Source of the DNA: the human T2T-CHM13v2.0 reference genome, Homo sapiens
Assembly: GCF_009914755.1 (NCBI RefSeq)
Contig: NC_060935.1
Reading direction: 5' to 3' (one strand)
Length of the DNA: 64,000 bases
The notes beneath the pieces are model-generated. The model searched no databases. It had not been told where the DNA came from and saw only the letters and a program-made list of their open reading frames with translations. Numbering within the stretch: position 1 is the first letter of the stretch; the number at the start of each line of letters is the position of its first letter. Positions 1-14,000 of the stretch are shown piece after piece. Both the position numbers and the translations under genes were made by a program.

Positions 1-119
1 AAACAAACTTCAAAGAGCATTCTGAGAGTTAAAGGAAAAGAGAAGGATAAGTGTTTTAAAATTAAAAAAAAAAGAGCATTTCATGAAGATGAGAAGGATG
101 TTAACAGATCATTCCCTGG

Positions 120-558
120 TTATAGCTGTGTGGTCTGCTTTTCAAGACCTATGCACCTATGACTAGTTGTTAGGAATCTCAGATGCTGAAACCTCAAATT
201 TTCACCCGTCCCTGGAATTGCCCTCAGATCCAAGGAACTGCCTCATCTGAGGTCATGTCGCATCACACAGTGTGGCCCATTGCCAACAACTAGATAATAC
301 AGAAATACAAAAAAAATAAAAAAGGCTTACTTTTTTTGTGTGTGTGGGACAACTTAGAGAGATCAAACCATCTCCAGAGCTTCATATCGTATCATTTGAG
401 GCTTCAGATGTAACTACATGATAAAGAAGTTTGTCTTCTGATCCAATCCTACCTTCCTGGCTTCTTTATAAGCATATTTTCCCAGAGCCTTTCTCAAAAA
501 TCTTTCTGCCCGCCATTCTCTATCTCAGATATGTTTTTAGGAATTCAATCTAAAATAC
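120..558. mobile_element. Old ERVL-type solo LTR (LTR16-like), highly diverged
   Basis: Motifs GGAATTGCCCTCAG..GGAACTGCCTCATCTGAGGTCATG, GGGACAACT and terminal TAGGAATTCAATCTAAAATAC resemble the LTR16 consensus as remembered; boundaries approximate. Confidence 0.4.
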
Positions 559-708
559 TATATATAACAATAGGGAAGATTATTATTTGCACTCAACTTT
601 CAATAGCCATTTGTGGATCCTGGCATTAAAAAAATCATGTTATCATGGAGATAAATATGACACTAGTTTTGCCTTCAAAGAAATTATAACCTAGTGGTAG
701 ATATTCGC

Positions 709-893
709 CAGTGGTTCTCAAATTGGAATAAGCATCAGAATCACCTGGAGGGCTTTTTAACAGATTACTGGACCCCTCTTCAAGAGCTTCTGATTAAGGT
801 GGTCTTAGTTAGTGTCCAAGAAATGTCATTTATAACAAGTTACCAGGTGATGCTGATGCTATTGGTCCAGGGAACTCATTTTGAAAACCGCTG
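709..893. mobile_element. MER5A-like hAT-Charlie DNA transposon
   Basis: 185 bp with terminal inverted repeats CAGTGGTTCTCAAA / TTTGAAAACCGCTG and the internal hallmark CATCAGAATCACCTGGAGGGCTT. Confidence 0.8.
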
Positions 894-1253
894 ATAACTC
901 ACGTAACAGAAAGATAGATTGGCCTTTGGAAAAATAGAAAAAAAAAGAATGGATAATCTTGAAATAAGCAGATTGAGGCAGGCTATGTAGATTGTATGTT
1001 AATAAATCTAGGCTATGTACTATAGTGGTGACTAAAGCTAGACAGGAAAGTCTCCTCATAAGAGGAAATATGAAGAAAGACATAGAGAAGAAAGCATGCA
1101 GAAAGTTTGAAGTGCAGTTTGACTGCAGTGTGGAGATGATAATACTGTAAAGATAGGTTAAAATTAATGTTTAAGATTCTTCACTGCATTTTATGGAATA
1201 AAGACTTTTTTCATAAGGATATGGAGCACTACTGAAATTTTATTCTTATGGCT

Positions 1254-1477
1254 CAGGGGTCGGTGCCCTTTTTCTATAAAGAGAGAGAGAGTTAATATTT
1301 TTAATATTTTCCTGCCATGAGATCTCAGTCACAACTCCTCAGATCTTCCATTGTAGATTAAAAGCAGCCACAGACAACACATAAATGAATGAGAATAATT
1401 TTGCCCCAATAAAATTTAATTTACAAAAACAAATGGTGGGCCAGATTTGGTCCATGGGCCATAGTTTGTGTTCTCAG
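1254..1477. mobile_element. MER58A-like hAT-Charlie DNA transposon
   Basis: Starts CAGGGGTCGG; contains AAAGCAGCCACAGACAACACATAAATGAATGAG and GGGCCAGATTTGGTCCATGGGCCATAGTTTG, typical of MER58A. Confidence 0.7.
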
Positions 1478-2282
1478 AAAATACTTATGATAATCTGATT
1501 TCAAAAATTATTTTAATTGCGGACTCAATGTAAAGAAAAGATTGCTTTAGACTTTGAGTGTAGAAATGTTTTACTTCACTGACAAGAGAACCACTACACA
1601 TTTTTTTCAGTTGTTGTGTTTAATTATGAAAAGATTGCTAAGGCCATGGTGAATTAAATGGCTGTGACAATGTCAGGAAATTCAAAGTCCTACACCAAAA
1701 TTACTTTAAGTGAACAATACAATTCTCCAAAGCTAATATTTTAGAAAATAAAATTCTTGTAACAAGCACTGTCTTAAGGTGAAAAATAATAGCTGTTGGA
1801 TTTGAAATTGCATATCACAAAAGAAAAGCTGGATTTATATTCACAGGAAACAGTGAAAATATAAAATTAAACATAAATTTTGTTCCTTTGGCTGATTTTT
1901 CTCCATTGCACTCTTAATTCTACCAAATTTAGGTATTCTTTATTCTTCCTTATTTCAGTGACAGATTAAATAATTTAGCTCTGTACTTTAATTTTTCTGC
2001 AAACAAAATTCTCTATAGCTTATTCATTAATACAATTAATCATATTGTGATATATAACCTCTATTTTTTAATCTTTGTAAATAGCCATGAATAAATTTAA
2101 TGTTTTAAGCTAATCATTGTATTCCACCATTAGCAGGATGATCATCTTATTGGCATTTATGGTTGACCCCTGCGGAAGCATTACATTGGAGGAAACACAA
2201 TAACTGAAAAACCAAGTAAGACAATTTGGTAATAATTCAGATGAACAATGTTAGTCTATGTATATCAGTGAAAACAGAAATA

Positions 2283-2583
2283 GGCCAGGTGTGGCGGCTT
2301 ACGCCTGTAATCCCACCACTTTGATAGGCTGAGGCAGGCAGATCAGCTGAGGTCATGAGTTCAAGGCCAGCCTGGCCTTGTCTCTACTAAAAATACAAAA
2401 ATTAGCCGGGCGTGGTGGTGGGCACCTGTAATCCTAGCTACTCAGGAAGGTGAGGCAGGAGAATCGCTTCTACCCAAGTGGTGGAGGTTGCAGTGAGCTG
2501 AGATTGTGCCAGTGTACTCCAGCCTGGGAAACAGAGAGAGACTCCATCTCAAAAAGAAGAAAGAAAAAGAAAGAAAAGAAAAG
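2283..2583 (+). mobile_element. Alu (AluS-type) with small internal deletion and (GAAAA)n tail
   Basis: GGCCAGGTGTGGCGGCTTACGCCTGTAATCCC start, middle TACTAAAAATACAAAAATTAG, A-rich tail. Confidence 0.95.
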
Positions 2584-2658
2584 TAGAAAAACTAAAATGT
2601 AGGTAGGAATATAAATAGAGATTTTAAAAACAGAACAGGGTATAATAATCAGAGAAGA

Positions 2659-2974
<316 letters not shown>

Positions 2975-3319
2975 TTATTCAGTTTTCAAATCTTTGTAAC
3001 TGTAAGGATGTTACATATTAATAGAGATATGAAATACATTGTATGAGAAATAAGGATTTAAAGGCAGCAAGTGGTGAGTACAATAAAAAGAGAGGGTCTG
3101 GAGAAATATTTCTCCTTCTCCCTATTGAAAGTAATAATCATGATGATGATTACAGTTATTTAAAATCCATGTGGAAAGTAATCACACCACATGTCTATAA
3201 CTTCTAATTTTCAGGACAGTCCCTGCATGATGTGGTGATCATGTGATTAATTTTATTACCCCCAGCTTACATATAAAAAATTACTAATAGCAGTAGCTAT
3301 TGAGTAAGATATAGTTTTT

Positions 3320-3452
3320 AATTCCCTGGCCTGAATCTCATTTACCTCCTCTGTAAATGGGGACAGAAGTGCCAATTTCAGAACTGCTTTAATCTTTAAA
3401 TAAAATCACATTTCAAAAGCACTGAAAAAATACCTGGCACATAATGTCAGCT
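3320..3452. mobile_element. MIR SINE fragment
   Basis: MIR core-like CTCATTTACCTCCTCTGTAAATGGGGAC ... CCTGGCACATA. Confidence 0.5.
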
Positions 3453-3637
3453 AGACGTTTTTTCCCTCTAACATAAACTTAGTTATTATTCCTTTTAGTA
3501 AAAGACAAAATGTAAAGAATTCTCTGACAGATCGGATGCTGGGGCAGGGGATAGATGTAAATAGAAAGATAAAGCTAATTTGTGGTTATTAGTGGGTGAA
3601 AGGTATTGATACTGACTCTTTTGTATTGTAAACATAA

Positions 3638-5787
3638 CTTTTTTATTTTTAGACATTCAAGGGGATACACGTGCAGGTTTGTTACCTGGGCATATTGCAT
3701 AATGCTGGGGCATAGGCTTCTAGTGAACCCATCACCCAAATAGTGAACATTGTACCCAAAAGGTAGTTTTTCAACTCTTGCCTCTCTACCTCCCTCCCCA
3801 CCTTTGTAGTCTCTAGTGTCTGTTGTTTCCATCTTTATGTCCATGTGTACCCATTGTTTATCTCCCACTTATAAGTGAGAACATATGCTATTTGGTTTTC
3901 TGTTTCTGCATGAATTCACTTAGAATAATGGCTTCCAGCTGCATTCATATTGCTGCAAGGGACATTATTCTTTGTTATGGCTGTGTACTTTTCTATGGTG
4001 TATACGTCCCACATTTTATTTACCCAATCTACCACTGATGGACACTTAGGTTGATTTCATGACTGCTATTGTGAATAGTGCTGTGATAAGCAAATCAGTG
4101 CAGGTGTATTTTTGATCAGTCCATTTTCCTTTGGGTAGATATCCAATAGCGGGATTCCTAGAAATAATGATAGTTCTATTTTTAGTTCCTTGGGAAATTT
4201 TCATACTGTTTTCCATGGAGGTTGAGCTAATAAATTCCTAATACTGTGTAAGTGTTCCTTTTTCTCCACATCCTCACCAACATCTGTTATTTTTTCACTT
4301 TTTAATAATAACCATTCTGACTGGTGTGAGATGGTTTCTCACTGTGTTTTTGTTTTTGTTGTTGTTTGTCTGCTTGTTCATTTTTGAGCCAGAGTCTCAT
4401 TCTGTCACCCAGGCTGGAGTGAAGTAGCACAATCACGGCTCACTGCAGTCTTGACCTCCCAGGTTCCAGTGATCTTCTCACCTCACCCTCCTGAGTAGCT
4501 GTAACCATAGGCGCACACCACCACACCAAGCTAATTTTTTTTTTTTTTAGATGAAGTCTCCCTATGTTTCCCAGGCTGATCTGGAATTCCTGGGCTCAAG
4601 TTATCCTCCCACCTCGGCCTCCCAAAATGCTAGGATTACAGGCATAAGCCACTGCACCTGGCCTCATTGTGGTTTTAAGTTGCACTTTTTTGATGATTAA
4701 TGATGATGAACATTTTTTCATATGCTTGTTAGCTGTTTGTGTGTCTTTTTTTGAGAAATGTCTATTCAACCTTTGCCCACGTTTTAACTGGGTTTTGTCT
4801 TTTGCTTAATTATTTAAGTCCTTATTGGTTCTTGATATTAGTCTTCTGTCAGATGCATAGTTTGCAAATATTTTCTCCCATTTTGTAGGTTGTCTGTTTA
4901 CTCTGTGAATTGTTTATTTTGGCTGCACAGAATCTTTTTAGTGTAAGTAAATCCCATTTGTTTATTTTTGTTTTCATTTTCATTGCATTTGCTTTTGAAG
5001 TCTCAATCATAAATTATTTGCCTAGGGCCAATGTCCAGAAAAGTTTTTCCTAGGTCTTTTAGGATTTTTGTAGTTTGAGGCCTCATATTCAAGTTTTTAG
5101 TCCATCTTGAGTTAATTTTGTATATGGTAAGAAGTAGGGGTCCAGTTTTATTCTTCTACATATGGCTAGACAATTTCCCTAGCACATTTACTGAATAAGA
5201 TATCCTTACCCAGTTGATTGTTTTTGTTGACTTTACCAAAGATCAGTTCGTTGTAGGTGTGTGGCTTTACTTCTAGGTTCTCTATTCTGTTCCACTGATT
5301 TTTGTGTCATGTTTCCAGCAATGCCATGCTGTTTTGGCTACTGCAGCCTTGGAGTATAATTTGAAGTTGGGTAGTGTGATGCCTTTGGCTTTGTTCTTTT
5401 TGCTTAGGATTGCTCTGTCTATTTGGGCTCTTTTTTGGTTCCATATTAATTTTAGAATAGTTTTTTCTAATTTGAAAAAATGGCTTTGGGAATTTCATAG
5501 GAATTTCATAGAATCTGTAGATTGCTTTGGGTCATTTTACTGATAGTGATTCTTCCAGATTATGAGTGTGAAATGTCTTTCCGTTAGTTTGCGTTATCTG
5601 TGATTTCTTTCATTGGTGTTTTTTAGTTCTCCTTGTAGAGATCTTTCACCTCCTTGGTTAAATGTATTTCTACATATTTTATTATTGTGTGGCTATTTTA
5701 AATGGGTTTGAGTTCTTGATTTGGTTCTCAGCTTGAAGAATACTGGTATATAGAAATGCTACTCATCTTTGTATGTTGATTTTGTGA
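3638..5787 (-). mobile_element. Old L1 (L1PB/L1PA15-16/L1MA-type), 3' portion with ORF2 C-terminus and 3' UTR
   Basis: Reverse-complement L1 3' UTR (CACGTGCAGGTTTGTTACCTGGGCATATTG...) and ORF2-like translated fragments (5307-5498 minus); interrupted by an Alu. Confidence 0.85.
4347..4663 (-). mobile_element. AluJ-type element nested in the L1
   Basis: Reverse Alu ending ...ACTGCACCTGGCC at 4663; AluJ-like ATCACGGCTCACTGCAGTCTTGACCTCC; degenerate TSD TCA(C/T)TGTG. Confidence 0.9.
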
Positions 5788-6880
5788 TACTAACTTTCCT
5801 ATAATCAGATCCCATAAGGAGAAAAAGATGATTAATACAACTCAGGAAATGATCATATCATAAAGTATCTTCCCTCCCTTTAGCAGAATCGTGACATATC
5901 TTGGGAAGCAATTCCACACCATGAAATTGGACAGAATCTGAGAAGATACAAACCCAAATACACATACCACTATACTTCCAAAGCAGTTCTTTGGGCCTGC
6001 ATTATAGCCAAGTCATAGGGATAGTTTTTCTTTAGGATTAGTAGCACCATATTAGAAATCATTGCACTCAAATGAGCATCAAAGTAATTTGACCCATGGC
6101 ACTGATATGGATATGGCACTGCCCGAATCTGACTAACCCAATAACTGAATGTATTCCATCCATGGCCCAGAGCCTACCACAGAATACACCCTGTAGCAGC
6201 AAAGTTTCTAATCAAGTCCTAGTCTCATTTGCACACACCCAAGCACCCTACAGGCCTATTATGTTGCAGATTGCATCCATTGCACAGAGCCAGTTACAAA
6301 CCAGACTCAACCACAAGGCACACCAGAAAGACTCAATTGTGACGGTAAACTAGCCTGCTGTGAACTTAAACATATCACTGTCCATCAATATACCAGGGAA
6401 ACTATTACAGCATTAATACAAACTAGACTGTCCCCAATCTGAGGCAAGTATCTGACCTCAGTATCTTTTAAAAAGATAGAGACAATTACACTGCCACTAT
6501 CTAGGTGGCATTATGAAGCGATTGCCCATTTATATAATGCGAAATGGAGAAGACAGAAAAGATCATAAATCACAAAAGGCACTGCAAAGTATCTGAGAGC
6601 ATCCAGTGTTTTCTATTCAGGAAAGAAAACATAATATAGTGAAGGGCCTTTGAAGTTGTAAGAGGGAGCATTGTTTTTCTGGAATTATGCAATAGTTACC
6701 CTATGTATCTAAATTTAAAAATTTTATTTATTATCTCAAATCCAAACACCAACTAACCAATCCTCCACCTTTACTGAGTCTCCTCTCACAGAGAATATTC
6801 TTAATTTCTCAGATCTAATTTGCAAGAATGTATCATTCCTCTTATCATTTTCCTCCTCAATCTCAGTCCAGTGACATTTT

Positions 6881-6902
6881 ACACACACACACACACACAC
6901 AC
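6881..6902. repeat. (AC)11 microsatellite
   Basis: Directly visible dinucleotide run about 360 bp upstream of the OR CDS. Confidence 0.95.
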
Positions 6903-7110
6903 TTCACCTTGGCTACTCTTTACATCCTGATTAACAAGTATAATTAGCAATAAATATATGCTAATTTAATGCCATATGGAAGTTTTTTCTTAGAGACTGA
7001 AGGGAGGAAAGACATGGGAAGTGCAGGATTGCTATATTTTGGAAACTTTCTGCATGGTTTCCTGTGTAAGTGAGGCAAATATTTAAAAGTGAGAGTGTCT
7101 TTTTAACTAT

Positions 7111-7130
7111 ATTTCATATTCCCTCTCTAG
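7111..7130 (+). promoter_or_regulatory. Probable 3' splice acceptor for the OR52E5 coding exon
   Basis: Pyrimidine tract ATTTCATATTCCCTCTCTAG|G, 133 nt upstream of the ATG; OR genes commonly have non-coding 5' exons. Confidence 0.5.
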
Positions 7131-7263
7131 GTCTCTTATGCTATATTATGGAGTTAAAGAATGGATTTTCTGTTTCCCCAAGAAATAGACACCATGCTGT
7201 GAAAGAAGTTATGGTTTCTCACTGGAAGCAAGAAAACTCATGCAAGAAATGTGTCTGTAGGGA

Positions 7264-8259
7264 ATGGCCACCAATATGCTTCATACCAACAATACACAGT
7301 TTCACCCTTCCACCTTCCTCGTAGTGGGGGTCCCAGGGCTGGAAGATGTGCATGTATGGATTGGCTTCCCCTTCTTTGCAGTGTATCTAACAGCCCTTCT
7401 AGGGAACATCATTATCCTGTTTGTGATACAGACTGAACAGAGCCTCCACCAACCCATGTTTTACTTCCTAGCCATGTTGGCCGGCACTGACCTGGGCTTG
7501 TCTACAGCAACCATCCCCAAGATGCTGGGAATTTTCTGGTTTAATCTTGGAGAGATTGCATTTGGTGCCTGCATCACACAGATGTATACCATTCATATAT
7601 GCACTGGCCTGGAGTCTGTGGTACTGACAGTCACGGGCATAGATCGCTATATTGCCATCTGCAACCCCCTGAGATATAGCATGATCCTTACCAACAAGGT
7701 AATAGCCATTCTGGGCATAGTCATCATTGTCAGGACTTTGGTATTTGTGACTCCATTCACATTTCTCATCCTGAGATTGCCTTTCTGTGGTGTCCGGATT
7801 ATCCCTCATACCTATTGTGAACACATGGGCTTGGCAAAGTTAGCTTGTGCCAGTATTAATGTTATATATGGATTGATTGCCTTCTCAGTGGGATACATTG
7901 ACATTTCTGTGATTGGATTTTCCTATGTCCAGATCCTCCGAGCTGTCTTCCATCTCCCAGCCTGGGATGCCCGGCTTAAGGCACTCAGCACATGTGGCTC
8001 TCACGTCTGTGTTATGTTGGCTTTCTACCTGCCAGCCCTCTTTTCCTTCATGACACACCGCTTTGGCCACAACATCCCTCATTACATCCACATTCTTCTG
8101 GCCAATCTGTATGTGGTTTTTCCCCCTGCTCTTAACTCTGTTATCTATGGGGTCAAAACAAAACAGATACGAGAGCAGGTACTTAGGATACTCAACCCTA
8201 AAAGCTTTTGGCATTTTGACCCCAAGAGGATCTTCCACAACAATTCAGTTAGACAATAA
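7264..8259 (+). CDS. OR52E5: Class I olfactory receptor, family 52E (start may be Met5 at 7276, giving 327 aa)
   Basis: Intact single-exon 7TM ORF with [40 protein letters not shown] and [17 protein letters not shown] motifs; N-glycosylation NNT; termini match OR52E5 as remembered. Confidence 0.93.
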
Positions 8260-10266
8260 TGAGATCATAACAAAATAAACACTGGAAACATTTTTTTTAC
8301 TACTTCTCTTGCATTCCCACATGAGCCAATAGCATTATATCCCCTACAACGTCTCATGATTTCAGTACGGTCTGTTGGAAGTTATAGCTCAAAGATTCCA
8401 AAACAATCTCTCTGTTTCACCCATTAAAAGTGCAAAAAGTACTCACACTTAAGCCCCATGATACTACAAAATGCCTAAAGAGAAACAAAGGCTTTGTAAA
8501 AGTTATTGCCCAGTAATTGTCTTGAATAGCCTTTCCACATGAAGATTCTCTGTATTTACATATCCGAAGCTGAAGTTCATGACGATTAAAATGATGTGGT
8601 ATTTCATCAAAACCAGGCAGGATACAGTGGCAAGAGAAATTAACTAGGAGTCATAAGATCTAGATTTAAATACAGGTTATGGCCTTACCTAAAATTTTGA
8701 CCTGAGCATTTCACTTAGACTCTTTGAGTTCACAATAACAAATTCATACTGATTTATAGCATTTTATGAGCAGGGATATTGAAGCTTAAAGTGAATGTTG
8801 TGAAAATCTGTGCAGCTTGTAAAACATTAAAAGATTTGGAAACAAAATGAGTGCTTACTAAACATAATTATAGTGTAATTGTTATTTCTAATGTATGTAG
8901 ATTTCATTTACTAATCCACTCTAGTATACAATCCCTGGTTTGAGGTCAGCTCTCCAGATCCAGATTATCCCAACGCATGGGCCTCTTCATGGACCTCTCA
9001 GCTCTTACCTTCGTGAAAGAGACTTTCAGTCAGGAGACTATAAAGCTTGAAGAGTTAACAGGTTTCTGTCTTGGGCTTAAGGACTCAGGGAAATCCCATC
9101 CTCCACAGTCTTTGCTAGAGTGGGTTTTAGGGCAGACTGTAATAGTGTGGCTGCTGAAATAATATAAAGTCATTCTTAATAAGGTATAGAAGATAAATAG
9201 GACAATTTATTTCTTTGGGTATTCTAGGAGCTGCAAAAATGTGAAGTTGGCTCCTAATTGGAAATGGAGCCCTGATTGAAACTCAAGGTAGAATGAGCAG
9301 AAATGTACAGAGAATAGTGCGAAAGTAATGACAATATAAATAACAGTATAAATTGACAAGTGGAAGTAAACTGAAGTGATATGTCATATAAATATATAAA
9401 GAAAAAGTAACCAAGTAATCATTTTCTAAGTAGATATTTTGAAATTGATACAGAATTTAAAAAAAACTAAACAGATCACTTAACAAGGAATAAAGATGAC
9501 AAAAAATTCATTGTGGAGTGTCTTCTAAGTAAAATACCACTTTTCAATTATAGTTTATTTAATGTATTATTATATAATATTTCAACTACGAAAATCTCAT
9601 TTTAGAGCCTGAATATTTACATTTGTATATTTAAAGGCTCTAATATGTTCAATTTTGTTCACTCTACCCAAAATATGTTAAACCACCAGACCACTTAATT
9701 TTGGTATCATACGTTAAGAACTTCGACTAAGAGTTTTCCTGTATCATTTCTGAGACTTTGCTAAATGTCACGTGCTCCAGAAAGTGAGTAATCTGAATGG
9801 AAATGGGTAACAGAGAACTTTAATTTCTAAGGAGCATAGAAGCTAATACAGAAGAGAAAACCCCATTCATTACCAAGTATATGTTCCAGGGGCTGTAACA
9901 TGGGAGCCAGGAGCATATTTGAAAACAGCACAGTGTGCACATAGAATTCCCAAGAAAGGAAAGTTGTTTAGGGAGTTTATCAAGCTCTAGAGTTTTTTTT
10001 TTTTTTTAACTGAATTTGTACAAAGCCATCAATACTGCAAGTCTTGGAGCAGGTCGGCTGAGCTATGCCAAATGCTATGGTAAACACTGAATATTGGTCA
10101 TCTTGGCTGAGTCCATGTCTGTGAAACATTGGCATGCTTCAAGCCAATCTAAAAGAATTCAACTTTGTTTATTATTTCAAAATTTCAAGGCTGCTGAAAG
10201 GTAGGTCTTTATACACAGTCACTTTATTTGCTAGCTGAGTATTTTCATCGGGGGCAACTGATGAAA

Positions 10267-10970
10267 ATGTTGACTTCCACTAACCTAAGCCTGTCCGTTG
10301 TTACTATCGTATCTTCCAGTTCAACGTCAGGGAAATAGTTTTTGGTGCTTTCCTTGTTTATATACAGATGTTTATGACTTATCTATGCACTGGCCTGGGA
10401 TCTGGGGTACTGATAATCCTGGCCATAGACCACTATGTCGTAATTCGCAATCCACTGAGATATACCATGATTCTCATGAACAATGTGGTAGCCATCCTAG
10501 GAAGTCATGATAATTAGATCTTTAATCTTTATCATCCCTTTTGAGTTTCTCATCTTGCTGTTGTCATTCTGTGCTGCCCATATCATCCCCCACACCAAAT
10601 GTGAGCACATGGGCATTGCCCATCTTTCCTGTGCCAGTATCAGAGCCAATAATATGTTTGGGATGGTTGCCTTTTTGTGGGATTTATTGACCTTATTGCA
10701 ATTGGTTTCTCCTATGTAAAGAAACTACACACTGTTTCACTTACCACCATGGAATGGCCAGTTCGAGGCTCTCAATACCTGTGGTTCCCATGTTTGTCAT
10801 GCTCATCTTCTACATCCCAGTATTTTTTTTCTGATACACTGCTTGGTGAAAGCATCCCTGCTATATTCGTATATTTCTGGCCAATGTATATACGGTTGTT
10901 CTACCTGTATTCAACCCTGTTATCTATGGGATCAGGAAAAAACAGATCCCAGACTAGGGTATAGACCTAA
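10267..10970 (+). pseudogene. OR52-family olfactory receptor pseudogene lacking TM1 (position fits OR52Q1P from memory)
   Basis: Collinear DNA similarity to OR52E5 from TM2 onward; fragments [36 protein letters not shown] and [12 protein letters not shown] lie in different frames (several frameshifts). Confidence 0.9.
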
Positions 10971-11098
10971 AGACATTTGATGATCAGTCACTTCTAGTCA
11001 TGATGATATATATATTGGGATATATATGCAAATATATATACACATATATGTGTGTGACTATATATGTGTATATGTATGTATATATTTGTGTTTGTATT

Positions 11099-14000
11099 AT
11101 TTTTTTATTTCAATAGGTTTTGGGGGAACAGGTGGTGTTTGGTTATATGAATAAGTTCTTTAGTGGTGATTTTTGAGATTTTCTTGCACTCATCACCCGA
11201 GCAGTGTACACTGTACCCATTGTGTAGTCTTTTATCCCTTGCCCTCTTCCCACCCTTTCACCCAAGTCCCCAAAGTCCACTGTATCAATCTTATGCCTTT
11301 GTGTCCTCATAGCTTAGCTCCCACATATGAGTGAGAGTATATGAAATATGATTTTCCATTCCTGAGTTACTTCACTTAGAACAATAGTCTCCAATTCCAT
11401 CCAGGTTGCTGCAAATACCATTATCTCGTTCCTTTTTATGGCTGAGTAGTATTCCATGGTATATGTATATAACCCATTTTCTTTGCCCACTCGTTGACTG
11501 ATGGGCATTTGGGCTGGTTCCATACTTTTTGCAATTGCAAATTGTGCTGCTATAAATATGAGTGTGCAAGTATCCTTTTTGGTATAATGACTTCTTTTTC
11601 TCTGAGTAGATACCCAGTAGTGGGATTGCTGGATCAAACAGTACATCTACTTTTAGTTCTTTAGGGAAACTCCACACAGTTTTCCATAATGGTTTTACTA
11701 GTTTACATTCCCACCAACAGTGTAAAAGTGTTCTCTTTTCACTGCAACCAAACCAACATCTATAATTTTTGATTTTTTGATTATGCTCATTCTTGCAAGA
11801 GTAAGATGGTATCGCATTCTGGTTTTGATTTGCATTTCCCTGGTAATTAGTGATGTTGAGCATTTTTTCATATGCTTGTCGGCCACTTGCTTATCTTCTT
11901 TTGAGAATTATCTATTAATGTTCTTAGCCCATGTGCTGATGGGATTTTTTTTTTCTTGCTGATTTGTTTGAGTTATTTGTAGATCTGGATATCAGTCCTT
12001 TGTTGAGTGTGTAGATTGTGAAGATTTTTTCCCACTCTGGGGGTTGTCTGTTTGCTCTGCTGATTGTTTCTTCTGTTATGCAGAAGCTTTTTAGTTTAAT
12101 TAAGTACCACCTATTTATCTTTGTTTTTGTTGCATTTGCTTTTGGGTTCTTGGTCATGAAGTCTTTGCCTAAGCCAATGTCTAAAAGGGTTTTTCCGATG
12201 TTATCATCTAGAATCTTTATGGTTTCAGATATTAAAGTCTTTGACTCATCTGGAGTTGATTTTTTTATCAGGTGAGAGATGAGGATCCAGTTTCATTCTT
12301 CTACATGTGGCTTGCCAGTTATCCTAGAACCATTTGTTGAATAGGGTGTCCTTTCCCCACTTTATGTTTTTGTTTGCTTTATCAAAGATCAGTTGGCTGC
12401 AAGTATTTGGGTTTATTTCTGGGTTCTCTATTCTTTTCCATTGGTCTATGTGCCCGTTTTTATACCAGTACAATGCTCTTTTGCTAACTGTGGTCGTATA
12501 GTATAGTTTGACGTCGGGTAATGTGATGCCTTCAGATTTGTTATTTTTTGCTTAGTCTTGCTTTGGCTATGTGGGCTGTTTTTTGGTTCCATATAAATTT
12601 TAGGATTGTTTTTTCTAGTTCTGTGAAGAATGATGGTGGTATTTTGATGGGAATTGCATTGAATTTGTAGACTGTTTTTGGCAGTATGGTCATTTTCACA
12701 ATTTGATTCTACCCATCCATGAGCATGGGATGTGTTTCCATTTGTTTGTGTCATCTATGATTTCTTTCAACAGTGTTTTGTAGTTTTCTTTGTAAAGGTG
12801 TTTCACCTCCTTGGCTAGGTATTTTCCTACATATTTTATATATATTTTTTGAAGCTACTGTAAAAGAGGCTGAGTTCTTGATTTGATTCTCAGCTTGGTC
12901 ACTGTTGGTGTATAGCATAGCTACTGATTTGTGTACATTAATTTTGTATCCTGAAACTGGTGAATTTGTTGACCAGTTCTAGGAGCTTTTGGATGAGTCT
13001 TTAGGGTTTTGTAGGTATACAATCATATTATCGGCAAACAGTGACAGTTTGACTTCCTGTTTACCAATTTGATACCTGCGATTTCTTTTTCTTGTCTGAT
13101 TGCTCTGACTAGGACTTCCAGCGCTATGTTGAATAGAAGTGATGAGAAAGGGCATCCTTGTCTTGTTTCATTTCTCAGAGGGAATGTTTTCAACTTTTCC
13201 CCATTCAGTATAATGTTGGCTGTGGGTTTGTCATAGACGGCTTTTATTACATTGAGGTATGTCCCTTGTATGCTGATTTTGCTGAGAGTTTTAATCATAA
13301 AGCGAAGCTGGATTTTGTTGAATGCTTTTTTTGCATATATTGAGATGATCATGTGATTTTTGTTTGTAATTCTGTTTATATGGTGTATCACATTTATTGA
13401 CTTGCAGATGTTAAACCATCTCTGCACACCTGGTATAAAACCCACTTGACCATGGTGGATTATCTTTTTGATATGCTGTTGGATTTGGCTCGCTAGTAAT
13501 TTGTTGAGAATTTTTGCATCTATGTTAATCAGGGATAGTGGTCAGTAATTTTCTCTTTTTGTTATGTCCTTCCATGGTTTTGATATTAGTATGATACTGG
13601 CTTCGTAGAATGATTTGGGGAGGATTCCCTCTTTTTCTATCCTGTGGAATAGTGTCAATAGGATTGGTATGAATTCTTCTTTGAATGTCTGAGGATTCAG
13701 CTGTGAATCTGTCTGGGCCTGGAATTTTTATTGTTGGCAATTTTTAAATTACCATTTCAACCTCACTGCTTGTTATTGGTCTGATCAGAGTTTCTATATC
13801 TTTCAGGTTTAATCTGGAGGGTTGTATATTTCTGGGAATTTATCCATCTACTCTAGGTTTTCTAGTTTATCCACATAAAGGTGTTCATAGTAGCTTTGAG
13901 TAATCTTTTGTATTTCCGTTATGTAAGTAGTAATATCTCCTGTTTTATTTCTAATTGAGCTTATTTGGATCTTCCCTCTTCTTTTCTTGGTTAATCTCAC

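Noticed and set aside
7468-8238. Antisense ORFs over OR52E5 (similar ones over OR56A3 and pol)
   Set aside because: These are shadow ORFs expected opposite real coding sequence and have no recognisable motifs.
10241-10268. Hairpin as a snRNA, snoRNA or SECIS element
   Set aside because: No match to U4atac, U5, Y RNA, box C/D or SECIS patterns that I can recognise; kept only as a junction feature.
11000-11098. (TA)/(TG)-rich tract
   Set aside because: Ordinary degenerate low-complexity microsatellite beside an L1 tail.
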